From Myxococcales bacterium (GTDB lineage: Bacteria > Myxococcota_A > Polyangia > Fen-1088): DNA of 51,429 nt. The first letter of the stretch is position 1. Each line of letters opens with the position of its first letter. The position numbers and the translations under genes were made by a program. Positions 50,255-51,429 of this stretch are shown here, piece by piece. Where the stretch lies: NCBI GenBank assembly GCA_043754455.1, contig JAYUUT010000390.1, positions 1 through 51,429 on the forward strand, given 5' to 3'. The notes under the pieces were generated by a model. The model saw only the letters and a program-made list of their open reading frames with translations. It ran no database searches and was not told the DNA's origin.

Positions 50255-51429
50255 CTAGCCGGTCAGGCCGTTGTGACGAAGCAGGGCGTCCACGCGAGGA
50301 GCCCTGCCGCGGAAAGCCGCGAACACCTCGGCGGGGTGACGGCTGCCGCCCAAGGCGAGGACGGTGTCGCGAAATTTTCGTCCCACCCGGGCGATTTCGA
50401 TAGGATTTTCAAGACCCGCTTCTTCGAACGCGGCGAAGGCGTCGGCGCTGAGGACCTCGGCCCATTTGTAGCTGTAATAGCCAGCGGCGTAACCGCCCGC
50501 AAAAATATGAGAAAACCCGCACAAAAACCGGTCTTCGGGCAACGGGGGCAGAACCGTGTTGTCAGCGGCGATGCGCGCCTGCACGCCTAAAACGTCGTCG
50601 GTGGCGGGATTGAACCTGTGGTGCAGTTCTAGGTCTAGGGTCGAAAAATAGATCTGCCGCAGGAACTGCGATCCGGCCCGGAAGGTGCGCGCGGCAGAAA
50701 TGCGGTCGAACATATCCACCGGCAGCGGGGCGCCGGTTTCGAAATGCCGGGCAAAGCCCTGCAAGGTCGGTCGGTGATAGCACCAGTTTTCCATGAATTG
50801 GCTGGGCAATTCGACGGCGTCCCATTCGACATTGTTGGTGCCTGCGGCCTCGACGTAGTCGACGGTTGTCAGCATGTGCTGTAGGGCATGGCCGAATTCG
50901 TGGAACAGGGTTTCGACCTCGGAAAAGGTCATCAGCGACGGACGACCATCAACCGGTGGTAGTTGATTGCACACAACATAAGACACAGGTGGCCGCACGC
51001 TGCCGTCTGCCAGCCGTTTTCGATCCAGGCAACCCGACACCCAGGCGCCGCCGCGTTTGTCGGCGGGACGGGAATAGGCGTCCAGAAAAAACGACGCGCG
51101 CAGGGCACCGGTTTCATCCAAAACTTCGAAATGTCGAACATCCGTATTCCAGACCGGTTGTTGGCCATCCGCCGCCCGGAATTGAACGCCGAACAGCCGG
51201 CCCGCAAGGGCAAACAGCCCTTCTAAAACGCCGGGCAACGGGAAAAACGGCCGTAGGGCCTCCTCGCTAAAATCGTATTTCTTTTCGCGCAGACGTTCGG
51301 CCCAAAATGCCACGTCCCACAGCGCAAGGTCTAGGTCAGCGTTGCCCGATTCCGATCGTGCGAAGGCCTGCAACTCCTTTAGTTCCCTGTCGGCGAAGGG
51401 CCGCGATGCCTGTCGCAAATCTGACAGCA
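50255..51429 (-). CDS. prlC: Oligopeptidase A (M3 family), 5' part outside the window
   Basis: KRGGAW, TLFHEFGH, WDAVELPSQ, FSHIFAGGYAAGYYSYKWAEVL. Confidence 0.92.
   Translation of the reverse strand, partial: LSDLRQASRPFADRELKELQAFARSESGNADLDLALWDVAFWAERLREKKYDFSEEALRPFFPLPGVLEGLFALAGRLFGVQFRAADGQQPVWNTDVRHFEVLDETGALRASFFLDAYSRPADKRGGAWVSGCLDRKRLADGSVRPPVSYVVCNQLPPVDGRPSLMTFSEVETLFHEFGHALQHMLTTVDYVEAAGTNNVEWDAVELPSQFMENWCYHRPTLQGFARHFETGAPLPVDMFDRISAARTFRAGSQFLRQIYFSTLDLELHHRFNPATDDVLGVQARIAADNTVLPPLPEDRFLCGFSHIFAGGYAAGYYSYKWAEVLSADAFAAFEEAGLENPIEIARVGRKFRDTVLALGGSRHPAEVFAAFRGRAPRVDALLRHNGLTG

Overview
GC-rich chromosomal window, most consistent with a myxobacterium (Myxococcota): FrzS-like pseudo-receiver, Ser/Thr kinase-STAND-TPR fusion, many Cys-rich lipoproteins. 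Core genes are oleABCD, malQ, ccsA-hemA-hemC, hflX, an ECF sigma/ZAS anti-sigma pair, secA and a partial oligopeptidase A. Two accessory regions interrupt them. Region 1 (~6.13-15.75 kb) is an array of co-oriented (+) cargo genes and gene fragments around one REP-associated tyrosine transposase (RAYT/TnpA-REP-like). Two unannotated repeat families punctuate it, and several gene fragments begin or end at a repeat copy. This is the best candidate for an undescribed system, a possible non-integron gene capture/shuffling locus; the mechanism is inferred, not shown. Region 2 (~23.65-32.5 kb, right after hemC) holds a decayed hicA with intact hicB, a HAD pseudogene, an intact XRE-HTH/nucleotidyltransferase pair with a clear promoter and twin operators, and a four-gene secreted/lipoprotein operon. 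No tRNA, rRNA, CRISPR array or attC site was recognised. All family calls come from motif recognition by eye; no database searches were run.
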